Positions 25,641 through 42,500 of a DNA stretch of 64,000 nt are shown here, piece after piece (position 1 is the first letter of the stretch; each line of letters starts with the position of its first letter). The notes under the pieces were generated by a model, which was not told the DNA's origin, did no database searches, and saw only the letters and a list, made by a program, of their open reading frames with translations. Both the position numbers and the translations under genes were made by a program. Source of the DNA: the human T2T-CHM13v2.0 reference genome, Homo sapiens; NCBI RefSeq assembly GCF_009914755.1, contig NC_060931.1; one strand, given 5' to 3'.

Positions 25641-28600
25641 AAAGAGTGTTTCAAAACTGCTTTATCAAAAGAAAGGTTCCACTGTGTGAGTTGAATGCAC
25701 ACATCACAAAGAAGCTTCTGAGAATGCTTCTGTCTAGTTTTTATGTGAAGATGTTTCCGTTTCCACCATAGGCCCCAAAGCGCTCCAAATATCCACTTGC
25801 AGATTCTACAAAAGGAGTGTTTCAAAACTGCTCTATCAAAGGAAAGTTTCAACTCTGTGAGTTCAATGCACACATCACAAAGTAGTTTCATAGAATGCTT
25901 CTGTCTAGTTTTTATGTGAAGATATTTCGGTTTCCAACATAGGCCTCCAAAGGAACAAAATATCCACTTGCAGATACTAGAAAAAGAGTATTTCAAAACT
26001 GCTCTATCAAAAGAAAGGTTCAAATCTGTTACTTGAATACACACATTACAAAGAAGTTCCTGAGAATGCTTCTGTCTAGTTTTTATGTGAAAATATTTCC
26101 TTTTCCACCATAGGCCTCAAATCGCTCCAAGTATCCACTTGCAGATTCCACAAAAAGAGTGCCTCAAAACTGCTCTATCAAAAGAAAGGTTCAACACTGT
26201 TATTTGAATGTACACATCACAAAGAAGTTTCTGAGAATGTTTCTGTCTAGTTTTAATGGGAACAGAGTTCCTTTTCCACTATAATCCTCGAAGTGCTTCA
26301 AATATTCACTTGCAGATGCTACAAAAAGAGTGTTTCAAAACTGCTCTATGAAAAGAAAGGTTCAAATCTGTGAGTGGAATGCACACATCACAAAGAAGTT
26401 TCTGAGAATCTTTCTATGTAGCTTTTATGTGAAGATATTTCCTTTTCCACCATAGGCCTGAAAGCGCTCAAAATATCCGCTTGCAGATTCTACAAAAAGA
26501 GTGTTTTAAAACTGCTCTATCAAAAGAAAGGTTCAACACTGTGAGTTGAATACACACACCACAAAGCAGTTTCTGAGAATGCTTCTGTCTAGTTTTTATG
26601 TGAAGATATTTCGTCTTCCAAAAGAGGCCTTCAAGGGAAAAAAAATCCACGTGCAGATTCTACAAAAAGAGTGTTTCAAAGCTGCTCTATCCAAAGAAAA
26701 GTTCAACTCTGTGAGTTGAGTGCACACCTCACAAAGAAGTTTCGGGGAATTCTTCTGTCTAATTTTTATGTGAAGATATATCCTTTTCCACTTTAGGTCT
26801 CAAAGCCCTCAAAATATCCACTGGTAGATTCTACAAAAAGAGTGTTTCAAAACTGCTCTATCAAAAGAAAGGTACAACTCTGTGAGTTGAATGCACAATT
26901 CACAAAGAAGTTTCGGAGAATGCTTCTGTCTAGTTTTTATGTGAAGATATTTCGTTTTCCAATATAGGCCTCAAAGGGAACAAAATATCCACTTGCAGAT
27001 TCTACAAAAAGAGTTTTTCAAAACTGCTCTATCAAAAGAAAGGTTCAACTCCGTGAGTTGAATGCACACATCACAAAGAAGTTTTGGAGAATGCTTCTGT
27101 CTAGTTTTTATGTGAAGATATTTTGCTTTCCAACATAGGTCTCCAAGGGAAACAATTATCCACTTGCAGATACTACAAAAAGTATGTTTCAAAACTGCTC
27201 TATCAAAGGAAACGTTCAAATGTGTGAGTTGAAGACACGCATCACAAAGAAGTTTCCGAGAATGCTTCTGTGTAGTTTTTATGTGAAGATATTTCCTTTT
27301 CCACCATAGGCCTCAAAGCGCTCCAAATATGCACTTGTAGATTCTACAAAAAGAGTTTTCAAAAGTGCTCTATCAAAAGAAAGGCTCAACTCTGTGAGTT
27401 GAATGCACGCATCGCAAAGTAGTTTCTGAGAATGCTTCTGTCTAGTTTTTATGTGAAGATATTTCATTTTCCAAGATAGGACTCAAAGCGCTCTTTATAT
27501 ACACTTGCAGATTCTACAAAAAGAGTGTTTCAAAACTGCTCTATCAAAAGGAAGGTTCAAAACTGTGAGTTAAATGCACACATCACAAAGTAGGTTCTGA
27601 GAATGATTCTGTCTAGTTTTAATGTAAAGATATATAGTTTTCCAACATAGGCCCCAAAGAGAACTAAATATCACCTTGCAGATTATACAAAAAGAGTGTT
27701 TCAGAATTCCTCTCTCAAAAGAAAGTTTCAACTCTGTTGGGTGAATGGACGCATCACAAAGAAGTTTCGGAGAATGCTTCTGTCTAGTTTTTATGTGAAG
27801 ATATTTCCCTTTCCACCGTAGGCCTCAAAGTGCTCCATATCTCCACTTGCAGATTTTAGAAAAAGAGTGTTTCAAAACTGCTCTATCAAAAGAAAGGTTC
27901 AACACTGTGAGTTGAATGCACACATTGCAAAGAACTTCCTGAGAATGCTTCTGTCCAGTTTTAATATGAAGATATTTCCTTTTCCACCATAGTGCTAAAA
28001 GTGCTCCAAATATTAACTTGCAGATTCTACAAAAAGAGTGTTTCAAAACTGCTCTATCAAAGAAAAGGTTCAACACTGTGAGTTGAATGCAGAGATCACA
28101 AATAAGTTTCTGAGAATGCTTCTGTCTTGTTTTTATGTGAAGATATTACTTTTTCCAACATTGGCCACCAGTGGAAACAAATATCCACTTGTAGATTCTA
28201 GAAAAAGAGTGTTTCAAAACTGCTGTATCAAAAGAAAGGTTCAAATGTGTGAGTTGAATGCACACATCAGAAAGAAGTTTCTAAGAATGCTTCTGTGTAG
28301 TTTCTATGTGAAGATATTTCCTTTTCCACCACAGGTCGCAAAGGGCTACAAATATCCACTTGCATATTCTACAAAAAGAGTGCTTCAAAACTCCTCTATC
28401 AAAAGAAAGGATCAACACTGTGATTTTAATGCACACATAACAAAGCAGTTTCTCAGAATGCTTCTGTCTAGTTTTATATGAAGATAATTCATTTTCCAAC
28501 AGAGGCCTAAAAGGAAAAAAAAATCCACTTGCAGATTCTCCAAAAAGAGTGTTTCAAAACTGCTGTATCCAAAGAAAAGTTCAAATCTGTGAGTTGAGTG

Positions 28601-28751
28601 CACATATCACAAAGAAATTTCGGAGAATTCTTCTGTCTAATTTTTATGTGAAGATATTTCCTTTTCCACCTAAGGTCTCAAAACCCTCAAAATATCCACT
28701 TGCAGATTCTGCAAAAAGAGTGTTTCAAAACTGTTCTATCAAAAAAAAAAA
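25641..28751 (-). repeat. Alpha satellite layer C (ttctgagaatg, ctctatcaaaag, gagttgaatgc), possibly SF4/Ga-like
   Basis: Diagnostic variants plus a recurrent ccaacatagg...gggaacaaaa monomer. Family name is from memory and tentative. Confidence 0.85.
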
Positions 28752-31393
<2,642 letters not shown>

Positions 31394-31456
31394 TATGATG
31401 TTAGCTGGTTATTTTGTTAGTTAGTTGATGCCGTTTCTTCCTAGTCCTGATGGTCT

Positions 31457-31661
31457 TTACATTTTGGCATGATTTTGCAGTGGCTGGTACTGGTTGTTCC
31501 TTTCCATGTTTAGTGTTTCCTTCAGGAGCTCTTGTAAGGCAGGCCTGGGGGTGACAAAATCTCTCAGCATTTGCTTGTCTGTAAAGTATTTTATTTCTCC
31601 TTCACTTATGAAGCTTAGTTTGGCTGGATATGAAATTCTGGGTTGAAAATTCTTGTCTTTA

Positions 31662-31664
<3 letters not shown>
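31457..31664 (-). pseudogene. L1 ORF1p C-terminal remnant
   Basis: Aligns with the ORF1 remnant of copy 3, ending ...QPLQNHAKM*. Confidence 0.88.
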
Positions 31665-33020
<1,356 letters not shown>

Positions 33021-36000
33021 GATACAACTCTGTGGGTTGAATTCACAAATCACAAAGAAGTTTCTGAGAATGCTTCTGTCTAGTTTTTATGTGAAGATAT
33101 TTCGGTTTCCAACATAGGCTTCCCAGAGAAAAAAAATCCACTCACAGCTTCTACAAAGAGTGTTTGAAAACTGCTCCATCAAAGAAAGTTCAACTGTGTG
33201 AGTTGAAAGCCACATAACAAAGAAGTTTCAGAGAATGCTTCTCTCTAGTTTTTATGTGAAGATATGTTGTTTTCCAACATAGGTCTCCAAGGGAAACAAA
33301 TATCCACTTGCAGAAACTACAAAAAGAGTGTTTCAAAGATGTTCTATCAAGAGAAACGTTCAAATGTGTGAGTTGAAAGCACACATCACAAAGATGTTTC
33401 TGAGAATGCTTCTGTGTAGTTTTTATGTGAAGATATTTCCTTTTCTACCATAGGCCTCAAAGAGCTCCAAATATGCACTTGTAGATTCTACAAAAATTGT
33501 GTTTCAAAACTGCTCTATCAAAAGAAAGGTACAGCTCTGTGTGTTGAATGCACACAGCACAAAGAAGTTTCTGAGAATGCTCTTATCTAATTTTTCTGTG
33601 AAGATATTTCATTTTCTAACATAGGCATCAAACCGCTCCAAATATACACTTGCAGATTCTACAAAAAAAGTGTTTCAAAACTGCTCTATGAAAAGAAAGG
33701 TTCAACTCTGTGAGTTGAATGCATGCATCACAAAGAAGTTTCTGAGAATGCTTCTGTCTAGTTTTTATGTGAAGATATCTCCTTTTCCACAATAGGCCTC
33801 AAAGCGCTCCAAATACCCACTTGCAGATTCTACAAAAAGAGTGTTTCAATAGTGCTCTATCAAAAGAATGTTTCAACTCTGTGAGATGAATGTGCACATC
33901 ACAAAGTAGTTTCTGAGAATGCCTCTGTCTAGTTTTTATGTGAAGATATTACTTTTTCCATCATATGCCTCAAAGCGCTCCAATTATCCATTTTGAGATT
34001 CCAGAAAAATTGGGTTTCCAAACTGGTCCATCAAAAGAACGGTTGAAATCCGTGAGTTGAATGCAGACATCACAAAGAAGTTTATGGGAATACTTTAGTA
34101 TAGTTTCTATGTGACGATATTTCCTTTTCTACCATAGGCTTCAAAGCGCTCCAAATATCCTCTTGCAGATTCTACAAAAAGAGAGTTTTAAAACTGCTCT
34201 ATCAAAAGAAAGGTTCAACTCTGTGAGTTGAAGGCCCACACCACAAAGAAATTTCTGAGAATGCTTCTGTCTAGTTTTCATATGAAGATATTTCCATTTC
34301 CACCATAGGCCTAAAAGCGCTCCAAATATCCACTTGCAGATTCTACAAAAAGAGAGTTTCAAAACTTCTCTATCTAAAGAATGGTTCAACTCTGTGAGTT
34401 GAATGCACACATCACAAACAAGTTTCTGAGAATGCGTCTTTCTAGTTTTTATATGAAGATACTTCCTTTTCCAACATAGGCCTCAAAGCGCCCCCAATAT
34501 CCACTTGCAGATTGTACAAAAAGGGTTTAAAAACTGCTCTATCAAAAGAAAGGTTCAACTCTGTGCATTGAATGCACACATCAAAAAGAAATTACTGATA
34601 ATGCTTCTGTCTAGTTTTTAAATGAAGATATTTCATTTTCCAACGTATTCCTCAAACGGAACCAAACATCCCTTTGACGATTCTCCAAAAAGAGTGGTCA
34701 AATCTGCTCTATCAAAAGAAAGTTTCAACTCTGTGAGTTGAATGCACTCATATCAAAGAAGTTGCTGAGAATGCTTCTGTCTGCTTTTTGTGTGAAGATA
34801 TTTCCTTTTCCACCACAGGCCTCAAAGCGCTACAAATATCCACTTGCAGATTCTACAAAAAGAGTGTTTCAAAACTGCTGTATCAAAAGAAATGTTCAAC
34901 TCTGTGAGTTTAATGCACACATCACAAAGTACTTTCGGAGAATGCTTCTGACTAGTTTTTATGTGAAGATATTTCCTTTTCCACCATAGGAATAAAAGAG
35001 AACAAAATATCCACTTGCAGGTACTACAAAAAGAGTGTTTCAAAACTGCTTTATCAAAAGAAAGATTCAACTCTGTGAGTTGAATTCACAAATCAAAACA
35101 AAGTTTCGGAGAATGCTTCTTTCTATGTTTTATATGAAGATATTTCGTTTTCCACCACAGGCCTCAAAGTGCTCCAAATATCCACTTGCAGATTCTACAA
35201 AAAGAGTGTTTCAAAACTTCTTTATCTATGAAAGGTTCAACTCTGTGCATTGAATAGACACATCACAAAGAAGTTACTGGTAATGTTTCTGTCTAGTTTT
35301 TACATAAAGATATTTCATTTTCCAACGAAGGCCTCAAAGGGAATGAAATATTCCTTTGCGGATTCTAGAAAAGGAGTGTTTCAAAACTGCTTTATCAAAA
35401 GAAATTTAAAACTCTGTGAGTTGAAAGCACACATAACAAAGAAGTTGCTGAGAATGCTTCTGTCTGCTTTTTGTGTTAACATATTTCCTTTTCTACCACC
35501 GGCCTAAAAGCGCTACTAATATCCACTTGCAGATTCCAGAAAAAGAGTGTTTCAAAACTGCTCTATCAAAAGAAAAGTTCAACTCTGTGAGCTGAATGCA
35601 CACATCACAAAGAAGATTCTGAGAATTCTTGTGTCCAGTTTTAATGTGAAGATATTTCCTTTTCAAACATAGGCCTCAAGGGGAACAAAATACCCACTTG
35701 CCGATACTACAAAAAGAGTGTTTCAAAATTGCTGTATTGAAAGAAAGGTTCAACTCTGTGAGATGAATGTACGCATCACAAAGAAGCTTCTGAGAATGCT
35801 TCTGTCTAGATTTTATGTGAAGGTATTTCCTTTTCCACCATAGGCCTAAAAGCGCTCCAAATATACACTTGCAGATCCCACAAAAAGAGTATTTCAAAAC
35901 TACTCTATCAACAGAAAGGTTCAACACTGTGAGCTGAATGGACACATCACAACGAAGTTACTGAGAATGCTTCTGTCTAGTTTTTATGTGAAGATATTTA

Positions 36001-39000
36001 CTTTTCCACCATACGACTCATAGCACTACAAATATCCACTTGCGGATTCTACAAAAACAGTGTTTCAAAACTGCTCTATTAAAAGAAAGATTCAACAAAC
36101 ACTCTCAGTTGAATGCTCACATCACAAAGAAGTTTCTGAGAATGCTTTTCTCTACTTTTCATGTGAAGACATTTCCTTTTCCACCATAGGCCTCAAAGCG
36201 CTCCAAATATCCACTTGCATTTTCTTCAAAAAGCCAGTTTCAAAACTGCTCTATCAAAAGAATGGCTCAAACCTGTGAGTTAAATGCACACATCACTAAG
36301 AAGTTTCTGAGAATGCTTCTGTCTGGTTTTTATGGGAAGATATTTCCTTTTCCACCATAGGCCTCAGAGGGAACAAAATATCTGCTTGCAGATTCTACAA
36401 AAAGAGTGCTTCAAAAGTGCTCTATCAAAAGAAAAGTTCTACTCTGTGAGTTGAATCGACACATCACAAAGAAGTTTCAGAGAATGCTTCTGTCTAGTTT
36501 TTATGTGAAGATATTTCCTTTTCCAACATTGCCCTCAAAGCGCTCCAAATATCCACTTGCATTTTTCTCAGAAAGAGAGTTTCAAAACTGCTATGTCAAA
36601 AGAATTGTTCAAATATGTGAGTTGAATGCTCACATCCTAAGAAGTTTCTGAGAATGCTTCTGTCTAATTTTTATGTGAAGATATTTCCTTTTCCACCATA
36701 GGCCTCAAAGTGCTCCAAATATCCACTTTCAGATCCTACAAAAAGAGTTTTTCAAAACTGCTCTATCAAAAGAAAGGTTCAACTCTGTGAGTTGAATGCC
36801 CACATCACAGAGAATTTTCTGAGGCTGTTTCTGTCTTGTTTTTATGTGAAGATATTTCCTTTTCCAAAATAGGGCTCGAAGCGCTCCAAATATCCACTTG
36901 CAGACACTACAGAAAGAGTGTTTCAGAAGGCTCTATCAAAAGAAAAGTTCAACTCTGTGAGTTGAAAGCACACATCACAAAGAAGTTTCTGAGAATGTTT
37001 CTGTCTAATTTTCATGTGAAGATATTTCATTTTCCACCATAGGCCTCCAAGGGAACAAAATATCCACTTGCAGGTTCTACAAAAAGAGAGTTTCAAGACG
37101 GCTCTATCTAAAGATTGGTTCAACTCTGTGAGTTGAACACATACATCACAAAGAAGTTTCCGATAATGCTTCTGCCTAGTTTTTATGTGAAGAAATTTCC
37201 TTTTCTACCATAGGCCTCAAACCGCTCAAATTATCCACATGCCGATTCTACGAAAATAGTGTTTCAAAACTGCTCTATCAGAAGAGTGGTTCAACTCTGT
37301 GATTTGAATGCACACATCACAAAGAAGTTTCTGAGAATGCTCTTGTCTAGTTTTTCTGTGAAGATATTTCGTTTTCTAACATAGGTGTCAAACTGCTCCA
37401 AATATACACTTGCAGATTCTACAAAGAAAGTGTTTCAAAACTGCTCTATGAAAAGAAAAGTTCAACTCTGTGAGTTGAATGTATGCATCACAAAGAAGTT
37501 TCTGAGAATGCTTCTGTCTAGTTTTTATGTGAAGATATTTCCTTTTCCACAATAGGCCTCAAAGCACTCCAAATATACAGTTGCAGATTGTACAAATAGA
37601 GAGTTTCAAAAATACTCTATCTAAACAATGGTTCAACCCTGTGAGATGAATGCACACATCACAAAGAAGTTTCTGAGAATGCTTCTGTCTAGTTTTTATG
37701 TGAAGATATTTCGTTTTCCAACATAGGCCTCCAAGAGAACAAAATATCCACTTGCAGATTCTACAAAAAAAGTGTTTCAAAACTGCTCCATCAAAACAAA
37801 GGTTCAACTCTGTGAGTTGAGTGCACTCATCAGCAAGAAGTTTCAGAGAATGCCTCTGTCTAGTTTTTATGTGAAGATATTTCCTTTTCAACCATAGTGC
37901 CCAAAGTGCTTCGAATATACACTTGCAGATTCTACAAAAAGAGTGTTTCAAAACTACTCTATCAAAAGAAAGATTCAACTCTGTGAATTGAATGCACACA
38001 TCACAAAGAAGTTTCTGAGAAAGCTTCTGTCTAGTTTTTATGTGAAGATATTTTGTTTTCCAATGAAGACCTCCAAGGGAATCAAATATCCACTTGCAGA
38101 TACTACAAAAAGAGTGTTTCAAAAGTGCTCTATCAAAAGAAAGGTTCAACTCTGTGATTTGAATACACACATCACAAAGAAGTTTTGGAGAATGCTTCTG
38201 TCTGGTTTTAATGTGAATATATTTCCTTTTCCAAGATAGGCCTCAAAGTGCTCAAATTATCCACTTGCAGATTATACAAAAAGAGTGTTTCAAAACTGCT
38301 CTAATAAAAGAAAGTTTCAAATCTGTGAGTTGAATGCACACATCACAAAGAAATTTCTGAGAATGTTGATGTGTATTTTTTATTGGAAGATATTTCCTTT
38401 TCCACCATAGGTCTCAAAGGGCTCCAAATATCCACATGCAGATTCTACAAAAAGAGTGTTTCAAAACTGCTCTATCAAAAGAAAGGTTCAACACTGTGAG
38501 TTGAATGCACACATCACAAAGAAGTTTCGGAGAAGACTTATGTATAGTTTTCTGTGAAGATATTTCGTTTTCCAACATTCCTCCAATGGAAAAAAAAATC
38601 CACTTGCAGATACTACAAAAAGAGTGTTTCAAAACTGCTCTATCAAAAAAAGGTTCAACACTGTGAGCTGAATGCACTCATGATAAAGAAGTTTCGCAGA
38701 ATGCTTGTCTAGATTTTATGTGAAGATATTTCCTTTTCCACAATAGTGCTCAAAGCGATCAGAATATTCACTTGCAGATTCTACAAAAGAGTATTTGAAA
38801 ACTGCTCTATCAAAGGAAAGGGTCAACTCTGTGATTTGAATGCACACATCACAAAGAAGTTTCTGAGAATGCTTCTTTCTAGTTTTTATGTGAAGATATT
38901 TCAGTTTCCAACATAGACCACAAAGGGCACCAAATATCCACTTGCAGATTCTGGAAAAGAGTGTTTCAAAACTGCTGTATCAATAGAAAGTTGGAACTCT

Positions 39001-40320
39001 GTGAGGTGAGTGCACACATTATAAAGGAATTTCGGAGACGGCTTCCGTCCAGTTTTTATGTGAAGATATTTTCTTTTCCAGCTTATGTCTCAAAGCGCTC
39101 CAAATATCCACTTGCAGATTCTATAAAAAGAGTGTTTCAAAACTGCTCTATCAAAAGAAAGATTCAACTCTGTGATTTGAATGCCCATATCACAAAGAAG
39201 TTTCTCAGAATGCTTCTGTCTGGTTTTTATGTGAAGATATTTCTTTTTACAACATAGGCCTACAAGGGAACTAAATATCCACTTGCAGATTCTAGAAAAA
39301 GCTTGTTTCAAAACTGCTCTATCAAAAGAAAGGTTCAACTCTTTGAGTTGAGTGCACACATAACAAAGAAGTTTCGGAGAATGCTTCTGTCTAATTTTTA
39401 TGTGAAGATATTTCCTTTTCCACCTTAGGTCTCAAAGCGCTGCAAATATCCACTTCCAGATCCTATAAAAACAGTGTTTCAAAACTGCTCTATTAAAAGA
39501 AAGGTTCAACTCTGTGAGTTGAATGCACACATCACAAAGAAGTTTCATAAAATGCTTCTGTCTCGTTTTTATTTGAAGATATTCCCTTTTCCACCCTAGG
39601 CCTAAAAGCGCTCTAAATATTCACTTGCATTTTATTCACAAAGAGAGTTTCAAAACTGCTCTATCAATAGAAAGGTTCAATTCTGTGAGTTGAATGCCCA
39701 CATCACAAAGAAGTTTCTGAGAATGCTCTTGTCTAGTTCTCATTTGAAGATATTTCCTTTTCCACCATAGGCCTCATCGCACTCCAAATATACACTTGCA
39801 GATGGTACAAAAAGGGAGTTTCAAAACAGCTCTGTCAAAAAAATGGTTCAGCTCTGTCAGTTGAATGCACACATCCAAACAAGTTTCTGAGAATGCTTCT
39901 GTGTAGTTTTTATGTGAAGATGTTTCCTTTTCAACAATAGGAATCAATGTGCTCCAAATATCCAGTTTCAGATTCTACAAAAAGAGTGTTTCTAAACTGC
40001 TCTATCAAAAGAAAGTTTCAACTCTGTGAGTTGAATGCACACATCACAAAGAAGTTTCTGAGAAATTTTCTCTGTAGTTTTTATGTGAAGATATATCGAT
40101 TTCCAACATAGGCTTCCAAAGAAACAAAATATCCAATTGCAGATTCTAGAAAAAGAGTGTTTCAAAGCTGCCTTATCAAAAGAAAGGTTCAACTCCATGA
40201 GTTGAATGCAGTCATCACAAAGAAGTTTCTGAGAAAGCTTCTGTCTAGTTTTTATGAGGAGATACTTCGTTTAACACCATTGGTCTGAAAGTGCTCCAAA
40301 TATCCACTTGCAGATTCTAC
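33021..40320 (-). repeat. Alpha satellite layer C (continued)
   Basis: Same diagnostics as 25641-28751, and the monomer register continues across the L1. Confidence 0.87.
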
Positions 40321-42500
40321 AAAAAGAGAGATTTGAAACTGCTCAGTCTAAAAATAGGTTCCACTCTGTGAGTTGAATGCACACAACACGAATACGTTTC
40401 TCAGAATTCTTCTGTGTTGTTTTTATGTGAACATTTCTTCTTTTCCACAGTAGGCCTCAGCCAGTTTGTTTAATGCACACATAATAAAGAAGTTTCTCAG
40501 TATATTTCTGTGTAGTTTTTATGAGAAGATATTTCCTTTTCCAAAATAGACCACAAAGCCCTCCAATAACCACTTCCAGATTCTACAAAAAGAGTGTTTC
40601 AAAACTGCTCAGTCAAAAGAAAGCTTCAACTCTGTTTGATGAATGCAGTTATCACAAAGAAGTTTCTGTGAATACTTCTGTGTTGTATTTACTTGAAGAT
40701 ATTTCCTTTTCCACCATAGGGCACAAAAGGCTCCAAATATCCAGTTGCAGATTCTACAAAAAGAGAGATTCGAAACTGCTCAATCAAAAGGTAGGTTCAA
40801 CTGTGTGAGTTGAATGCACACATCACAAAGAAGTTTCTCAGAATGCTTCTGCATAGTTTTTATGTGAGGATACTTCCTTTTCCACTGTAGGCATCAAATC
40901 ACTCCAAATATCCACTTGAAGATTCTACAAAAAGAGTGTTTCAAAACTGCTGAATCAAAAGAAAGGTTCAACTCTGTGAGATAAATGCACACATCACAAA
41001 AGTGTTTCTGAGACTGCTTCTGTTTAGTTACTATGTTCAAATATTTGCTTTTCCACTGTAGGCATCATGGTGCTCCAAATATCCACTTGCAGATTCTACA
41101 AAAAGAGTGTTTCAAAACTGCTAAAGCAAAAGAAAAGTTCAACTCTGTGAAATAAATGCACACATCACAAAGGAGCCTCAAGGAATGTTTCTGTATAGTT
41201 CTTATGTGAAGATATTTGCTTTTCCACTGTAGGTCTCAATGTGCTCCAAATATCCACTTGCAGATTCTACAAAATGAGTGTTTCAAAACTCCTCAAACAA
41301 AAGAAAGGTTCAACTGTTTGAGATGAATGCACACTTAAAAAGAAGTTTCTCAGAATGCTTCTGTGTAGCTTTTATGTGAAGATATTTCCTTTTCAACATT
41401 AGGCCTCCAAAGGCTCCAAATATCCACTTGCAGATTCTGCAGAAAGAGTGTTTCAAAACTGCTCAATACAAAGAAAGGTTCAACTCTGTGACATAAACAC
41501 ACACATCATAAAGAAGTTTCTCAGAATGCTTCTGTGTAGTTTTTATGTGAAGATATTTGCTTTTCCACGGTAGGCCTCAAAGCGCTCCAAATATCCCCTT
41601 GCAGATTCTACAAAAAGAGTGTTTCAAAACTGCTCTATCATAAGATAGGTTTATCACTGTGAGATGAATGCACACATGTCAAAGAAGTTTCTCAGAATGC
41701 TTCTGTGTAGTTTTTATTTGAAGACATTTTCTCTTTCACCATAGGCCGTAAAGGGTTCCAAATATCCACTTGCAGTTTCTACAAAAAGAGAGATTCAAAA
41801 CTGCTCAATCAAAAGATAGGTTCAATTCTGTGAGTTGAATACACACATCACTAAGAAGTTTCTCAGAATACTTCTGTGTAGTTTTTATTTGGAGATATTT
41901 CCTTTTCCCCAATAGGCCTAAAAGCTCTCCAAATATCCACTTGCAGATTCTGTAAAAAGAGTTTCTCAAAACTACTCAATAAAAAGAAAGGTTCAACTCT
42001 GTGAGATGAGTGCAGTCATCACAAAATAGTTTCCCTGAATGATTCTGTGTAGTTTTTATTTGAAGATGTTACCTTTTACAACATAGGGCCCAAAAGTCTC
42101 CAAATATCCACATGCAGATACTACAAAAAGAGAGATTCAAAACTGCTCAATCAAAGGATAGGTTCAACTCTGTGAGTTGATTGCACACCTCACAAAGAAG
42201 TTTCTCAGAATGCTTCTGTTTAGTTTTTCTGTGAAGAAATTTCCTTTTCCACAATAGGCCTCAAATCTCTCCAAATATCCACTTGCAGATTCTACAAAAA
42301 GAGAGTTTCAAATCTGCTCTATCAAAAGAAAGGTTGAACTCTGTGAGTTGAATGCACACATCACAAAGAAGTTTCTCAGAATGCTTCTGTGTAGTTTTTA
42401 TTTGCAGTTATTTCCTTTTGCACAACAGGCCTGGAAGCTCTCCAAATATCCACTTGCAGATTCTGCAAAAAGAGTGTTTCAAAACTGCTCAATAAAAAGT
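40321..42500 (-). repeat. Alpha satellite layer B (second occurrence)
   Basis: Return of ttctcagaatg, ctgtgtagtt, gatatttgc, aagataggtt and gagagattcaaaac. Confidence 0.8.
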
